Shown: positions 18,012 to 27,360, counted from the stretch's first letter. The stretch: DNA of 64,000 bases from a virus (IMGVR_UViG_3300025162_001855); one strand, 5' to 3'. The notes: a model not told the origin generated them from the sequence alone. A program made the numbers and translations.

Positions 18012-18065
18012 TGTAGTGTCTCCTGTACTGACATAGTATTTATGTCTGCTCGCTGCACTGCAACA

Positions 18066-18656
18066 TTATTCTCTGTTAGAGTAAAATCTCTCTACTATCG
18101 GATTTATTCTCTGTTTAATCTTTAGAGATGGTATGAGCAACTTATTCTCCGTGAACGTCGTGGTAGTTACTAATACTAAAGTGTCATCTTCATCAGAGTA
18201 ATAATTCTGATACGCATCTTTAGCATCACGCGATACGATCTCACCAGTTGATGTATCCATGACTGCCAAATTGAATGCTTTTGACAACGTAGACCATAGT
18301 TTCTTACCATCTAGTGTTTGTCTATGACCACTCATTAGATTTACATGTTCATTGTGTGAAATCGAATGATACATTCGAATCCCCAACTCTTGTCCTCGAT
18401 ACCTAGGTGCGACCTGAACACCATTAGTTTGAAAATACGTTGTACTATGTATTTTGGTTGGAGTGCATAATGTACCAGCTATAACCTTGTCGTTATCTAA
18501 TAGGTAGTAAACAAACGAGTTTACTCCAAATCTATTTTTCTTCATCGGGTAACCGTTGATTTCGTGATTAAACCCAAAATCAACTTCATCATCGCGAGGT
18601 ACCCTGGATAACTCCAGTCCGCCTTCGTGGGCGATTGTAATCTCTTTAATTTGCAT
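18066..18656 (-). CDS. hypothetical protein (196 aa)
   Basis: ORF track; no recognisable motif. Confidence 0.4.
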   Translation of the reverse strand: MQIKEITIAHEGGLELSRVPRDDEVDFGFNHEINGYPMKKNRFGVNSFVYYLLDNDKVIAGTLCTPTKIHSTTYFQTNGVQVAPRYRGQELGIRMYHSISHNEHVNLMSGHRQTLDGKKLWSTLSKAFNLAVMDTSTGEIVSRDAKDAYQNYYSDEDDTLVLVTTTTFTENKLLIPSLKIKQRINPIVERFYSNRE

Positions 18657-18688
18657 AACAGTATTTATTGTCCTACTTGTTACACGGT

Positions 18689-19000
18689 CTAATTATGCTT
18701 TATGTACTCTTTCTTCATGTACGAATCTAAAGCATCAACAATCTTCTTTACTCTATCGAGCTGGTTAGGACCAGTTCGATGCAATGTATTCTGGTGTAGA
18801 TTCTGCAACTCTAGTACGAGTTGATCCTCTGTGATATCTTGGTTTCTGATTTGCTCTAGCACAACCTTGTATTTGGTTGCGCACTCTGCAACACCAGCCG
18901 CATACGGAAAGCCGCTTGCGCAAGCACCTTTGTTCTCCAACGCTTCAATCAACATTTCGACATGTGGTTGAAGATCATCATACTTGAAAGCCATACACAC
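18689..19000 (-). CDS. hypothetical protein (103 aa)
   Basis: ORF track only. Confidence 0.35.
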   Translation of the reverse strand: MCMAFKYDDLQPHVEMLIEALENKGACASGFPYAAGVAECATKYKVVLEQIRNQDITEDQLVLELQNLHQNTLHRTGPNQLDRVKKIVDALDSYMKKEYIKHN

Positions 19001-19103
19001 CTCGTTACCATTACAAAGTCAGAATTGAAACCCCCCATCACGGCTACCACACCTTACGATGTCCTGTGACCGCACTACAGGTTACATGGCGTGCTTCAAA
19101 ATT

Positions 19104-19179
19104 TGGTGCCGCCCCCCGGGATCGAACCGGGCACACTACGCTCTTCAGGCGTATGCTCTACCAACTGAGCTAGAGCGGC
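19104..19179 (-). tRNA. tRNA-Phe(GAA)
   Basis: Acceptor GCCGCTC/GGGCGGC, D-arm GCTC-AGTTGGTA-GAGC, anticodon arm TACGC-CTGAAGA-GCGTA, T-loop TTCGATC, encoded CCA. Confidence 0.65.
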
Positions 19180-19377
19180 ATAATAAGATGCTGATGGTGT
19201 TTACCTACGTTTCAGTCCCCGAGTTAAACACAACCCTCGGACTTACTCTGCTAGGAAGTAGGGCGGGTCTTAACCGCACATCAGCATTGTTTGGCGACCG
19301 ACAGGGGTAACGATCCCCTCTGAATATCTTGCGTGACAGGCAAGCGACCACTCCATGCAGTCCCGTCGGCCATAAAT

Positions 19378-19466
19378 TGGCTGGTGGAGTTGGATTCGAA
19401 CCAACGATGAGGAATTAACCTGACAGATTAACAGTCTGTTCTCTGCTACCACTCGAGTACCCACCA
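19378..19466 (-). tRNA. tRNA with anticodon GTT (Asn) in a Tyr-like class-II body, 89 nt
   Basis: Acceptor TGGTGGG/TCCACCA, anticodon arm ACAGA-CTGTTAA-TCTGT, 17-nt variable arm with AGG/CCT hairpin, T-loop TTCGAAT, G73 and encoded CCA; body resembles E. coli tRNA-Tyr except GTA changed to GTT. Confidence 0.5.
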
Positions 19467-19470
19467 AAAA

Positions 19471-20100
19471 CTACTCGTGAATGAATTGTTTCGCTATACC
19501 AATATAAGTCTTGGTATCTTTAAACATTTTCTTCCACTCTATTCTTAACACTTTCCAACCGGCTTCGGCTAGAACTTGGTCTTTTCTTTTATCGCGCGCC
19601 TTAACTTCGTCAAAGCGTTGATGCTGCTCGCCATCAATCTCTATGGCCAATTTTTTATCAGGCCACGCAAAGTCAATTGCATAAATGCCAACAGGATATT
19701 CCCTGCTGTAATTCTTATCTTCAAATTCGTTTTCGATAACTTGTATGAAGAATTTTTCTGGCCAGGATGGCTCGTTATTCCAACGACTTTTTCCTATGTT
19801 CCACGCAGTACCGTTATCGTGCCGGGCTTTCATCTTAGCAGCAAGTTTTGCTTTTGTTTCGAGAGTATGCCGTCGCTTAGATGATCTAGCTGATAACTTT
19901 TGTCGTGTCTCCTTCGATATTACCGGAGGAGGTAAACCCAACTTTTTCGCCTTTATGAATTGATTTGAATTTGATACTTTGTCTCGGTTGTTTTTCATCC
20001 ATGTAACTTGTTTATTGGGGTTGTTATTGCACAACCGCTCATGATTTAACAAGCTATTTTGGCTCTTACACATTCGATCACAAAACTTACAATTGGACAT
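19471..20100 (-). CDS. C2HC zinc-finger plus Vsr/DUF559-like homing-type endonuclease (paralog 3 of 3)
   Basis: N-terminal CKFCDRMCKSQNSLLNHERLC; C-terminal IDFAWPDKKLAIEIDGEQH...RDKRKDQVLAEAGWKVLRI. Confidence 0.6.
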   Translation of the reverse strand: MSNCKFCDRMCKSQNSLLNHERLCNNNPNKQVTWMKNNRDKVSNSNQFIKAKKLGLPPPVISKETRQKLSARSSKRRHTLETKAKLAAKMKARHDNGTAWNIGKSRWNNEPSWPEKFFIQVIENEFEDKNYSREYPVGIYAIDFAWPDKKLAIEIDGEQHQRFDEVKARDKRKDQVLAEAGWKVLRIEWKKMFKDTKTYIGIAKQFIHE

Positions 20101-21236
20101 TTGGTAGTGCTCCTGTCTATGTATTTAGCTGCTCTACCGCTGAGCTACTTACCAATAAACTCTAATAACGGTGCCACCCAGTCCGCCGTTTGCAGACCAT
20201 ATTCCGTTATTCTGACTGTGCCCTTTCTTTCGTCTACAGAGTTTTGTTAATGCACAGTCCCCAAACTCAATCTACCAAATGGATTATCGCCCTCTTCTGA
20301 CGGCCCGAGTTTACGGACTGGACGCAAGGCTTCAAAAGCCCCGACTTACACCACAAGAAAAAGTGACTGCGTCCCCACCTTATATATTTACGCAATCTAG
20401 TTGCACGCCGATAGAAAGTGTAGACGGTATGTTCAATGTCTGTGCAACCGCCACCGTAGTACACTAGGGATATATCGGAGCCCCCTCTCGGCGTATTTTC
20501 AACGCTGGTCCACGGCGCCGTTGATCAGGCGACGACGGTTAGCTATTTTTATGTGATAGTTTACCGACCAAATTCAAAATATAATACAAGGCCACCATCC
20601 TGTATTGTGATCGTACTCCTTAATATTGGTTGCTGCAACTCACCTCAGTACGATCACCAGTTGCCACGCCAGGGGTCTGGCTTGACTGAGCCCCCTCTCG
20701 GTAGAGACGCTATCCTCTCTACTAGACTTCCAAAAGTATTAGTGGGCCGACCATCCACCAATTGATGTTGTGTCCTATCGTTTGTACCAGGGCCTTGCTT
20801 ATAGATATGTGGTGTAATGCCACATGACTCACAACCTCCCGCCCACGCATACAGAGCATGTATCGTATAGCCCAACTACGGTTGACGATCATCAACAAGG
20901 ACTTAGTTTAACACCAAGCAACACCTTGCGGTATTCTTCACGCCTTTATAGTGGGCCTCTTGTCCCCACGCACATCGCCGATTCTCACGGCCGGCTCCTT
21001 TGTTCCATCTCAGGGCATACAAGTATGCGGGATGGAGGTTTGCTTCACTGAATTTGACGAACAAGGACTCGAACCTTGTATTAACCCCTTTGGAATCGAA
21101 CCGTTCGGTGCCGCCGCGCCGCCTCACCAGAGGAATCGTCAAAATTTGAATGTCCCAACGGTTTTGAACCGTCTACCGGGCCACAAGGACCCTGCTGTGA
21201 CCAACACCGAGCGTGGCCTACGCCCCGGGACAAAAT

Positions 21237-21314
21237 TGGAGCACCGAGTCAGATTTGAACTGACGATGGTTTCGTTTTGCAGACGAATGCGTTGGACCAC
21301 TCCGCCACCGGTGC
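21237..21314 (-). tRNA. tRNA-Cys(GCA)
   Basis: Acceptor GCACCGG/TCGGTGC, anticodon arm TTCGT-CTGCAAA-ACGAA, T-arm GTCAG-TTCAAAT-CTGAC, U73 and encoded CCA. Confidence 0.6.
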
Positions 21315-21450
21315 ATTATATAGTTGGGGCAATGACGGACCGGTGATTAGCCGGAATCCTTAGCTTATCAGGCTTAGTCATTGCCCTCATGTAGTGCGGC
21401 GGGTTTGGGTTTACCGCCAACCCCAAGTCATTTGTATGGACTTGGACATT

Positions 21451-21535
21451 TGGTGGGCCAGGTAGGGTTCGAACCTACACCCCGATGGGGACTTCCGCTT
21501 TACAGGCGGATGCACTTCCACTTATGCGTCTGACC
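21451..21535 (-). tRNA. tRNA-Tyr(GTA), class II
   Basis: Acceptor GGGTCAG/CTGGCCC, anticodon arm TCCGC-CTGTAAA-GCGGA, long variable arm, T-arm GTAGG-TTCGAAC-CCTAC, A73 and encoded CCA. Confidence 0.6.
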
Positions 21536-21984
21536 CAAATAAAACGTGCGTTTGAAAGGAACACTGACCTTTCTCGACGCACAGCGGCATAAAATAGGGG
21601 CGGAATATCGGATCCGCCAAACGATGAGAGTTGCACTCACAGGTAGGTTGATAGGAACTAGTATACCTCGTACCTTCTGCTTGAATTCACGCACCTTTTT
21701 TCGTGATACGTCTGGACAGCTTGCCAGCTTTGACCGCCACTTGCTCTCGCCCCCTGTTACCCGTTGCAACGGTTGGCAGCAGGTCCGAGTAGATCGGTAC
21801 GGGCTCGTTGTGACTCGCGATTGCTCAGCGTAGTCGAATGGGAAGGGATGACACGGGTTTTCACCGCAAACGGACAAGTCACTCCGTATTTTATTTCGCA
21901 TCCAGCAGAACTCGGGAACTACCCCTTTACCACCAGTGCGTATTTGTCGGACTCGATCACCGACCCATCATCCCATTGAAACAG

Positions 21985-22069
21985 TGGTGCCCGAAGAGGG
22001 ACTCGAACCCCCACACCTTTCGGCGCCTGATTTTGAGTCAGGTGTGACTACCAATTCCACCATTCGGGC
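21985..22069 (-). tRNA. tRNA-Leu(CAA), class II
   Basis: Acceptor GCCCGAA/TTCGGGC, anticodon arm CCTGA-CTCAAAA-TCAGG, 13-nt variable arm, T-arm GGGGG-TTCGAGT-CCCTC, A73 and encoded CCA. Confidence 0.6.
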
Positions 22070-22639
22070 AAAAATAAGATCCGCTTTTCGTTGCAGAGTT
22101 GCAACTTGGCCACTTTATGCGTGGCTACCTCATTGAGGCGGTGCGGATTAACCCAAGAATATTAGCGACGGGGCGCAGCCATTTGAAATTTGCTTTCTGT
22201 CGTTTAAGACTTGGAGCAGGCATGATGATGCCCGCAAGTCCCCCGTGCTCATCAAAATTGAATTTCACATTTGCAGCAATCGAAAGTTACTGCGAACCAC
22301 CGTCGTATATTTGGGTGGGGGCTGTGAAAGTGCCCAGTTGCCGTGCATTTTACTCCCCGCGTTTCCACCACGGGTTTCATCCGACGTCCGCCCATATGAG
22401 CTTTGTTTAGTGTGGCGCTCGCAGTCACGTTCCGCGTTACCACATAATGAAAAACCCTGGGATCTTTCGATGCCAGGGTCTAGTTTAACAGATTTGTACT
22501 GTTGGGACTAGACCCCTAGCTTATCTCCCATATTCACTGTTCTAGGTAGAATGGTAAACTGGGAGAACCCGAGTTGCGACCAATAGGTTGCCAAGGCACC
22601 TTTGGCTGCTAATTTACTCTTTTCTATATGCATTCTTCC

Positions 22640-22880
22640 TTTTTCCATTACGTTACTTACATTATATATAGTCTGCTTCGCGTTGTCAACCACTATTTTT
22701 TCGTTAGCAATCAACAACCTATCTACGGACTATTATACACACTTTTCATAGTGCTGTCAACAGATATTTATACTCACTCTGTCAACTACACTATTTATGA
22801 TCGAATTATAGCACCTTTTTGGATACTGTCAAGTTTATTTAGCCTGACAAAAAGTATAAATATCAATAACGTACCAGTGG
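22640..22880. repeat. AT-rich control region with four or five direct repeats of CTGTCAAC / TGTCAA-N-ATTT
   Basis: cgcgTTGTCAACcactattt, tgcTGTCAACagatattt, ctcTGTCAACtacactattt, actGTCAAGtttattt and CTGACAAaaagtataaat, immediately upstream of the plus-strand gene at 22891 and at the strand-switch point. Confidence 0.4.
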
Positions 22881-22890
22881 ACCCAAAATA

Positions 22891-24099
22891 ATGTTGTTGA
22901 ATGACCTATTTGAAGCAGCACCCAAAAAAGCAGAGTTGAGATCCGGCGAGCGGAGGGACCTTGCTATAAAGTTGAAATACACCACCGAACTAATACGTCG
23001 GTTGGAAAGATTGCGCAGCACATTGAGCAGTTTGAATATGACCCGGGATACTGGTGTTATTAAATTGGATCGACAGATTGAGGCCTTACGTGCAAGAATT
23101 GGTACCGAACAGAAGAAGTTGGCCCAGACAATCGACAAACATCGCTCTATTGTTCCAGCAAAGGTTCAACAGTTATTCGCCAAGATGAAAGTGGAGTGCA
23201 GTGACTTTATAAAGACATTACACCTCACTGGACCAAGTTACTATTTGTATCGAGGCATCAAGGGTTTTGATAAGCCGGCATTTGTTGCCCAGAGTCGAAG
23301 CGATCGAAAAGCTAAGGATAGCAGCCCGGCAGTGGCCAAAATGTTCGATAAGATGTTAAGCGAGCTTGGTTACAAGGCATTGCGTAGCAACAGTATCTTT
23401 GTTACTTCCAGCGACAGCTCGGCAGGTTCGTACGGTACGGTATACATGATCTTTCCGCGAAATGGATTCAACTATACCTACACCAAGCATCGCGATTTGA
23501 TCCTTGACAACAATTCGATGAGTGATGTTGTTGATAAAGACGAGATGCAGAAATTCCTTAAGGAGTTCCAAGACTGGGTTGCAACACCAGTTGGTCAGGA
23601 ACAATTAACATTGGCCAAGGCATATGAAGGATTTGGTACACACAGCAGTGATCCAAATTCAGGATCCCTTCTCCTTCTATACAACATTATGATGGCCGCT
23701 GCCACAGACAATGCCACCAAACTAATCTATAAATTGAACGACGCTGCATCTTATACCAGCCCTAGCATACTCAACTATGTCTTTAAAGGTATGCCGGACA
23801 AATTTAGAAAAGTGGATATGAGTAGTCTTATATCACAAAAGAGCTTCCAGCAATACTTTGACCCACATTCAACGGATCTAGCTCAGGCAATTATGGATCG
23901 TGTGGAGATTTATATTTCGGGTACATATTATGCTTTACGATCAGATGTGTTCTCCGATTGGGTCTACGATGGCTTGCTAGCCGATTCCGATCCACACAAG
24001 CCTTGGGGTCCAACATACGCAAAAGAAAATCCTCCGGATTGGGAACCGGAGGATAATAAGTTTAGCTCGTATGATCCCGATAAGGATGATCCGTTTTAA
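22891..24099 (+). CDS. large member (402 aa) of a five-copy paralogous family of unknown function
   Basis: Shares YRG...RSNSIFVTSSDS...GTVYMIFPRNGFNYTYT core with the four tandem ORFs at 60047-63320; about 200-aa coiled-coil-rich N-terminal extension; only long plus-strand gene in the region. Confidence 0.6.
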   Translation: MLLNDLFEAAPKKAELRSGERRDLAIKLKYTTELIRRLERLRSTLSSLNMTRDTGVIKLDRQIEALRARIGTEQKKLAQTIDKHRSIVPAKVQQLFAKMKVECSDFIKTLHLTGPSYYLYRGIKGFDKPAFVAQSRSDRKAKDSSPAVAKMFDKMLSELGYKALRSNSIFVTSSDSSAGSYGTVYMIFPRNGFNYTYTKHRDLILDNNSMSDVVDKDEMQKFLKEFQDWVATPVGQEQLTLAKAYEGFGTHSSDPNSGSLLLLYNIMMAAATDNATKLIYKLNDAASYTSPSILNYVFKGMPDKFRKVDMSSLISQKSFQQYFDPHSTDLAQAIMDRVEIYISGTYYALRSDVFSDWVYDGLLADSDPHKPWGPTYAKENPPDWEPEDNKFSSYDPDKDDPF

Positions 24100-25148
24100 T
24101 CCTTCTCTGCTAGAAGGTATTGGTTCGAGATCACCTTAAACGAGAAGTTTGGATCTTCAATGCATCGCCAAACTACACCCTCTCGTACTTGGGCGTGAAG
24201 GGATGGACCATCGGCTGCTATCAACATCTTGGGCAATGAATCCAACGGCCGGAATGTTCCAAGTGATGGCACAAGTCGGCATAGCGTTGTATCAAGTCCT
24301 TCATACCGCAACTTCTCATAGAACAACTCTACAGCTCGAGTAGTATAGAAACTTTGACTATCGATGTCGTAAATGTCAAAGATGAACAAGGTGTGACAAC
24401 CAAGCCCTTCTCGGTTACCTTGCACGCCGGGACCCATTAGCTCGCCTTGGATAGCAATGTTCAACCCAAACTTGGCCAGGCAAATAGCCAACTTTGATTC
24501 GGTGGCAGTCTTGATAAACGAGTTATCCTTGTTCTCTTCGGAGATAATCAATTCTAGATTGCGACTGCAAACACCAACATCGCCATCCTTGTAATACACA
24601 GTGCAGGAACTTCCATCGAGCTTAATCGATACCTTAAAGTCCTTGCGTGAAAACTTCTCCATGACCTTGTCGTAGATGTTTTGAATACGCTCCTGGTCGG
24701 TCTTTGGAATGAAGGATGGGAAGTTACCCTTCATCTTGCCGGCAAGTTGAGCCGGGATTGGTGCCTCCCACTTTTGAATACCCAAATGGTAAGCAAGATC
24801 CACACCCTCGGCAAACTTGAGCCACGGAGAACCAGTTACAGTCTCAACAATGTCTGTTGGCAATAGCAAACCCTGGCTCACTTGTCCGCGTAGCTTAATT
24901 GTACGGAGCCGGTTACCTTCGACATTGTTGTACACCTTTGGTGCCAAACCCTTTGAAAGGAACGGAGCCATTGTGTGCGGGACCCAAGAGTCAACCTCCA
25001 AATAGAGTACCATGTCGCCAACATTGTAACGACCAACTTGATCCACAACCCACCAACCATCTACGCGATATGCGCAAATCTTGTCGGCGTTTGGGATTGC
25101 AGCGACTTCGGCAATTTGCCGGATCGTTGCTAACTTACGCTCACTCAC
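24096..25148 (-). CDS. ATP-dependent polynucleotide (RNA/DNA) ligase, nucleotidyltransferase superfamily
   Basis: KLDGSS motif I (KxDG) in a 350-aa ORF with an N-terminal extension. Confidence 0.55.
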   Translation of the reverse strand: MSERKLATIRQIAEVAAIPNADKICAYRVDGWWVVDQVGRYNVGDMVLYLEVDSWVPHTMAPFLSKGLAPKVYNNVEGNRLRTIKLRGQVSQGLLLPTDIVETVTGSPWLKFAEGVDLAYHLGIQKWEAPIPAQLAGKMKGNFPSFIPKTDQERIQNIYDKVMEKFSRKDFKVSIKLDGSSCTVYYKDGDVGVCSRNLELIISEENKDNSFIKTATESKLAICLAKFGLNIAIQGELMGPGVQGNREGLGCHTLFIFDIYDIDSQSFYTTRAVELFYEKLRYEGLDTTLCRLVPSLGTFRPLDSLPKMLIAADGPSLHAQVREGVVWRCIEDPNFSFKVISNQYLLAEKD

Positions 25149-25506
25149 TGTCTCGCTCCTCTATATCAATGTCAATTGCTCTTAGAACATAATCGGGAAA
25201 GTTATACCCAATCGCTCTAAGAGTCAATAGCATGTCTTTAAACTGTTCCAACGTCCTAAGGTAAAACGATTCACCGGCGTGCGGGAGTGTGATGTCCTCC
25301 CGTACGGCAACTTCCATTGCTGCTTCCCATGCTGATCGCTGTTTACAAAACTCATCCCAGTTTGTATCCGCGAGCTTCCAATCGGTCTCAAACGGCATCT
25401 CGCTAACAATCCTGTTACCGGCAACGTGGATAACATAGCTAGTATCGCTTTCGTAGCAATACAAATCACACCTGAAATTGTCTGTGGACCAGCGACAGTA
25501 TGCCAT
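25141..25506 (-). CDS. hypothetical protein (121 aa)
   Basis: ORF track only. Confidence 0.35.
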   Translation of the reverse strand: MAYCRWSTDNFRCDLYCYESDTSYVIHVAGNRIVSEMPFETDWKLADTNWDEFCKQRSAWEAAMEVAVREDITLPHAGESFYLRTLEQFKDMLLTLRAIGYNFPDYVLRAIDIDIEERDSE

Positions 25507-25511
25507 GTGAG

Positions 25512-26318
25512 TTACTTCGCAGGAACCGAAATAATACCCTTGAAGTCATAAGGAACAACAATTGATGTTACCTTACCGGTCTTCACACCCTCGGCAATAT
25601 CCTGCAATGCCTTGGCATGCATATACTCAATCGACTGTGGGTTACCCGCCAGTTCCTTGAGTCGCTGTGCTTCGGCAACCGCAGTCTGCACTTCAACCTG
25701 CTTGGCACGCAATGCGTTCTGCTGAGTAATCACAGCATTGGCACTTTCGATGATGCTTGCAGCCGGCTGAATGTTACGCACCTGAACCTGACTCACAATG
25801 ATATCGGTATCGAGCTTCTCATTATGTAGAGCCTCGACCATAAAGTTCTTGATGTCCGATTCAATCTCACTGCGATGGTTTGTGGTCTGTAGTGCTTCAT
25901 ACTTGGCAATTGACTTGTATGCCGCGCTATTCGCTACCGTGCTCAGGTAATTGTACATCAGATATGTATTACCGGTTTTCTCGTCGGTGCCATGCAGACC
26001 GTGACTCTTTGTGGTATACAGGTCATACGCGGCACTTGGGTTTACCGAGTAGATTACTGTGATATCGAGGTCGGCCAGCGTACTCTTGTCCAACGTCTGG
26101 GGCATGAGATGATCCAGATGCAGGGCAATCTCCTTCACAGGGAAGAGCAGCACTTCACCAACCATAGTCTGGTTAAACGAACCCGGCTGGAGTTCGGTCT
26201 TCTGGACCTGCTTGTCAAAGCCAACACGCAGACCAATCTCACCGGTCTCCACTCGAGCACAACCCACTGCGAAACTCGCAAGGGCAATAACAATACCAAT
26301 CTTCATAAACTTACTCAT
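25512..26318 (-). CDS. SPFH/band-7 (prohibitin-like) membrane protein
   Basis: N-terminal signal-anchor, central SPFH-like region and coiled-coil tail (QQNALRAKQVEVQTAVAEAQRLKE). Confidence 0.55.
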   Translation of the reverse strand: MSKFMKIGIVIALASFAVGCARVETGEIGLRVGFDKQVQKTELQPGSFNQTMVGEVLLFPVKEIALHLDHLMPQTLDKSTLADLDITVIYSVNPSAAYDLYTTKSHGLHGTDEKTGNTYLMYNYLSTVANSAAYKSIAKYEALQTTNHRSEIESDIKNFMVEALHNEKLDTDIIVSQVQVRNIQPAASIIESANAVITQQNALRAKQVEVQTAVAEAQRLKELAGNPQSIEYMHAKALQDIAEGVKTGKVTSIVVPYDFKGIISVPAK

Positions 26319-26501
26319 AGATACCTCTTACTTTAGAACAACCAAATAATAAAACCAAGCGCGCCGATTGCCATGCCCGCACACATTACAGAGTACGCAA
26401 CAGTAATAGCAACGTCGAACTTCTCTCTTCCGGTCAAATGCCGGACTGCACGAATACCCACGTAAAAGAACGCAGTAATCGCAAGAAACAATAATACAGT
26501 C

Positions 26502-26927
26502 TTAAACATTCTTCTTCCCCTTCTTAGTCGATGACTTCTTCTTGGGCGGGCCTTTGATAACTACCACCGGTTCTGTGGACTTGGTCTTAACCTGCGGCGT
26601 CCTCCCGGAAAGGATTGCTGCTACCCGAGCATCTTCCTTAGCATCCCGCCGCGCTTCCATTGCATCCATAGCAGCAAAGAGCTTTTCATTCTGGTGCGCT
26701 TGAATAAGCTCAACCTGTTCTCGGTTTACTGCAATGAGCTTTTCAAACTGTCGAAACAGTTTGTCAAACTTGAGCTGATACAGCTCATGCAGCCCGAGCA
26801 CAAGGTTGGCCATTCGATCCTTGGTCATGTCCTCGCCCTCACAGCAGGCTTCGAACACAATGTCAAGATCGTCGACCACATGCCAGCAGTCCAGAATACT
26901 CTGTTCAACGTTATTAAGGTGTTCCAT
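26502..26927 (-). CDS. hypothetical protein with a basic C-terminus
   Basis: ORF track; Lys-rich tail KKKSSTKKGKKNV. Confidence 0.35.
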   Translation of the reverse strand: MEHLNNVEQSILDCWHVVDDLDIVFEACCEGEDMTKDRMANLVLGLHELYQLKFDKLFRQFEKLIAVNREQVELIQAHQNEKLFAAMDAMEARRDAKEDARVAAILSGRTPQVKTKSTEPVVVIKGPPKKKSSTKKGKKNV

Positions 26928-27017
26928 GTTACTTACCTACCCCTAGTGCAATAGTCACTAGAATCATTGCCACTAGAATGCCGGCACCAATAACCTTATC
27001 AATCCAATCTGATTCTA

Positions 27018-27260
27018 TCATCTTACTTCTCCACACTTGACGCCGTGACCAAACTCGTCCATAACCTGATTGGCGTTACCTCGGTTACCGACTACAAACT
27101 TGTACCCACCAACGCAACGTGTCTCCACGTAGCCGTTGATACCGAATGATGTATCGCTGCCCTTGTTAGATCCAACAGCACCAATTACAATGGATGCCAG
27201 GATGCCAACAATAGCGATAACAATCAACAGTTCAATCAATGTAAATCCTCGAGTCTTCAT
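27018..27260 (-). CDS. type IV pilin/pseudopilin-like protein
   Basis: Start corrected to MKTRG|FTLIELLIVIAIVGILASIV, a class III signal peptide with Gly-1, Phe+1 and Glu+5; GGAG ribosome-binding site 6 nt upstream. Confidence 0.5.
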   Translation of the reverse strand: MKTRGFTLIELLIVIAIVGILASIVIGAVGSNKGSDTSFGINGYVETRCVGGYKFVVGNRGNANQVMDEFGHGVKCGEVR

Positions 27261-27360
27261 ATCTATCTCCGTTCGTCTAAGTATAAGCCCAATAGAATTA
27301 ATCCAATTATCCAATGTCCCGTGATAAAGCAGACAACTACTATGGCAAGAATAAGAAACA

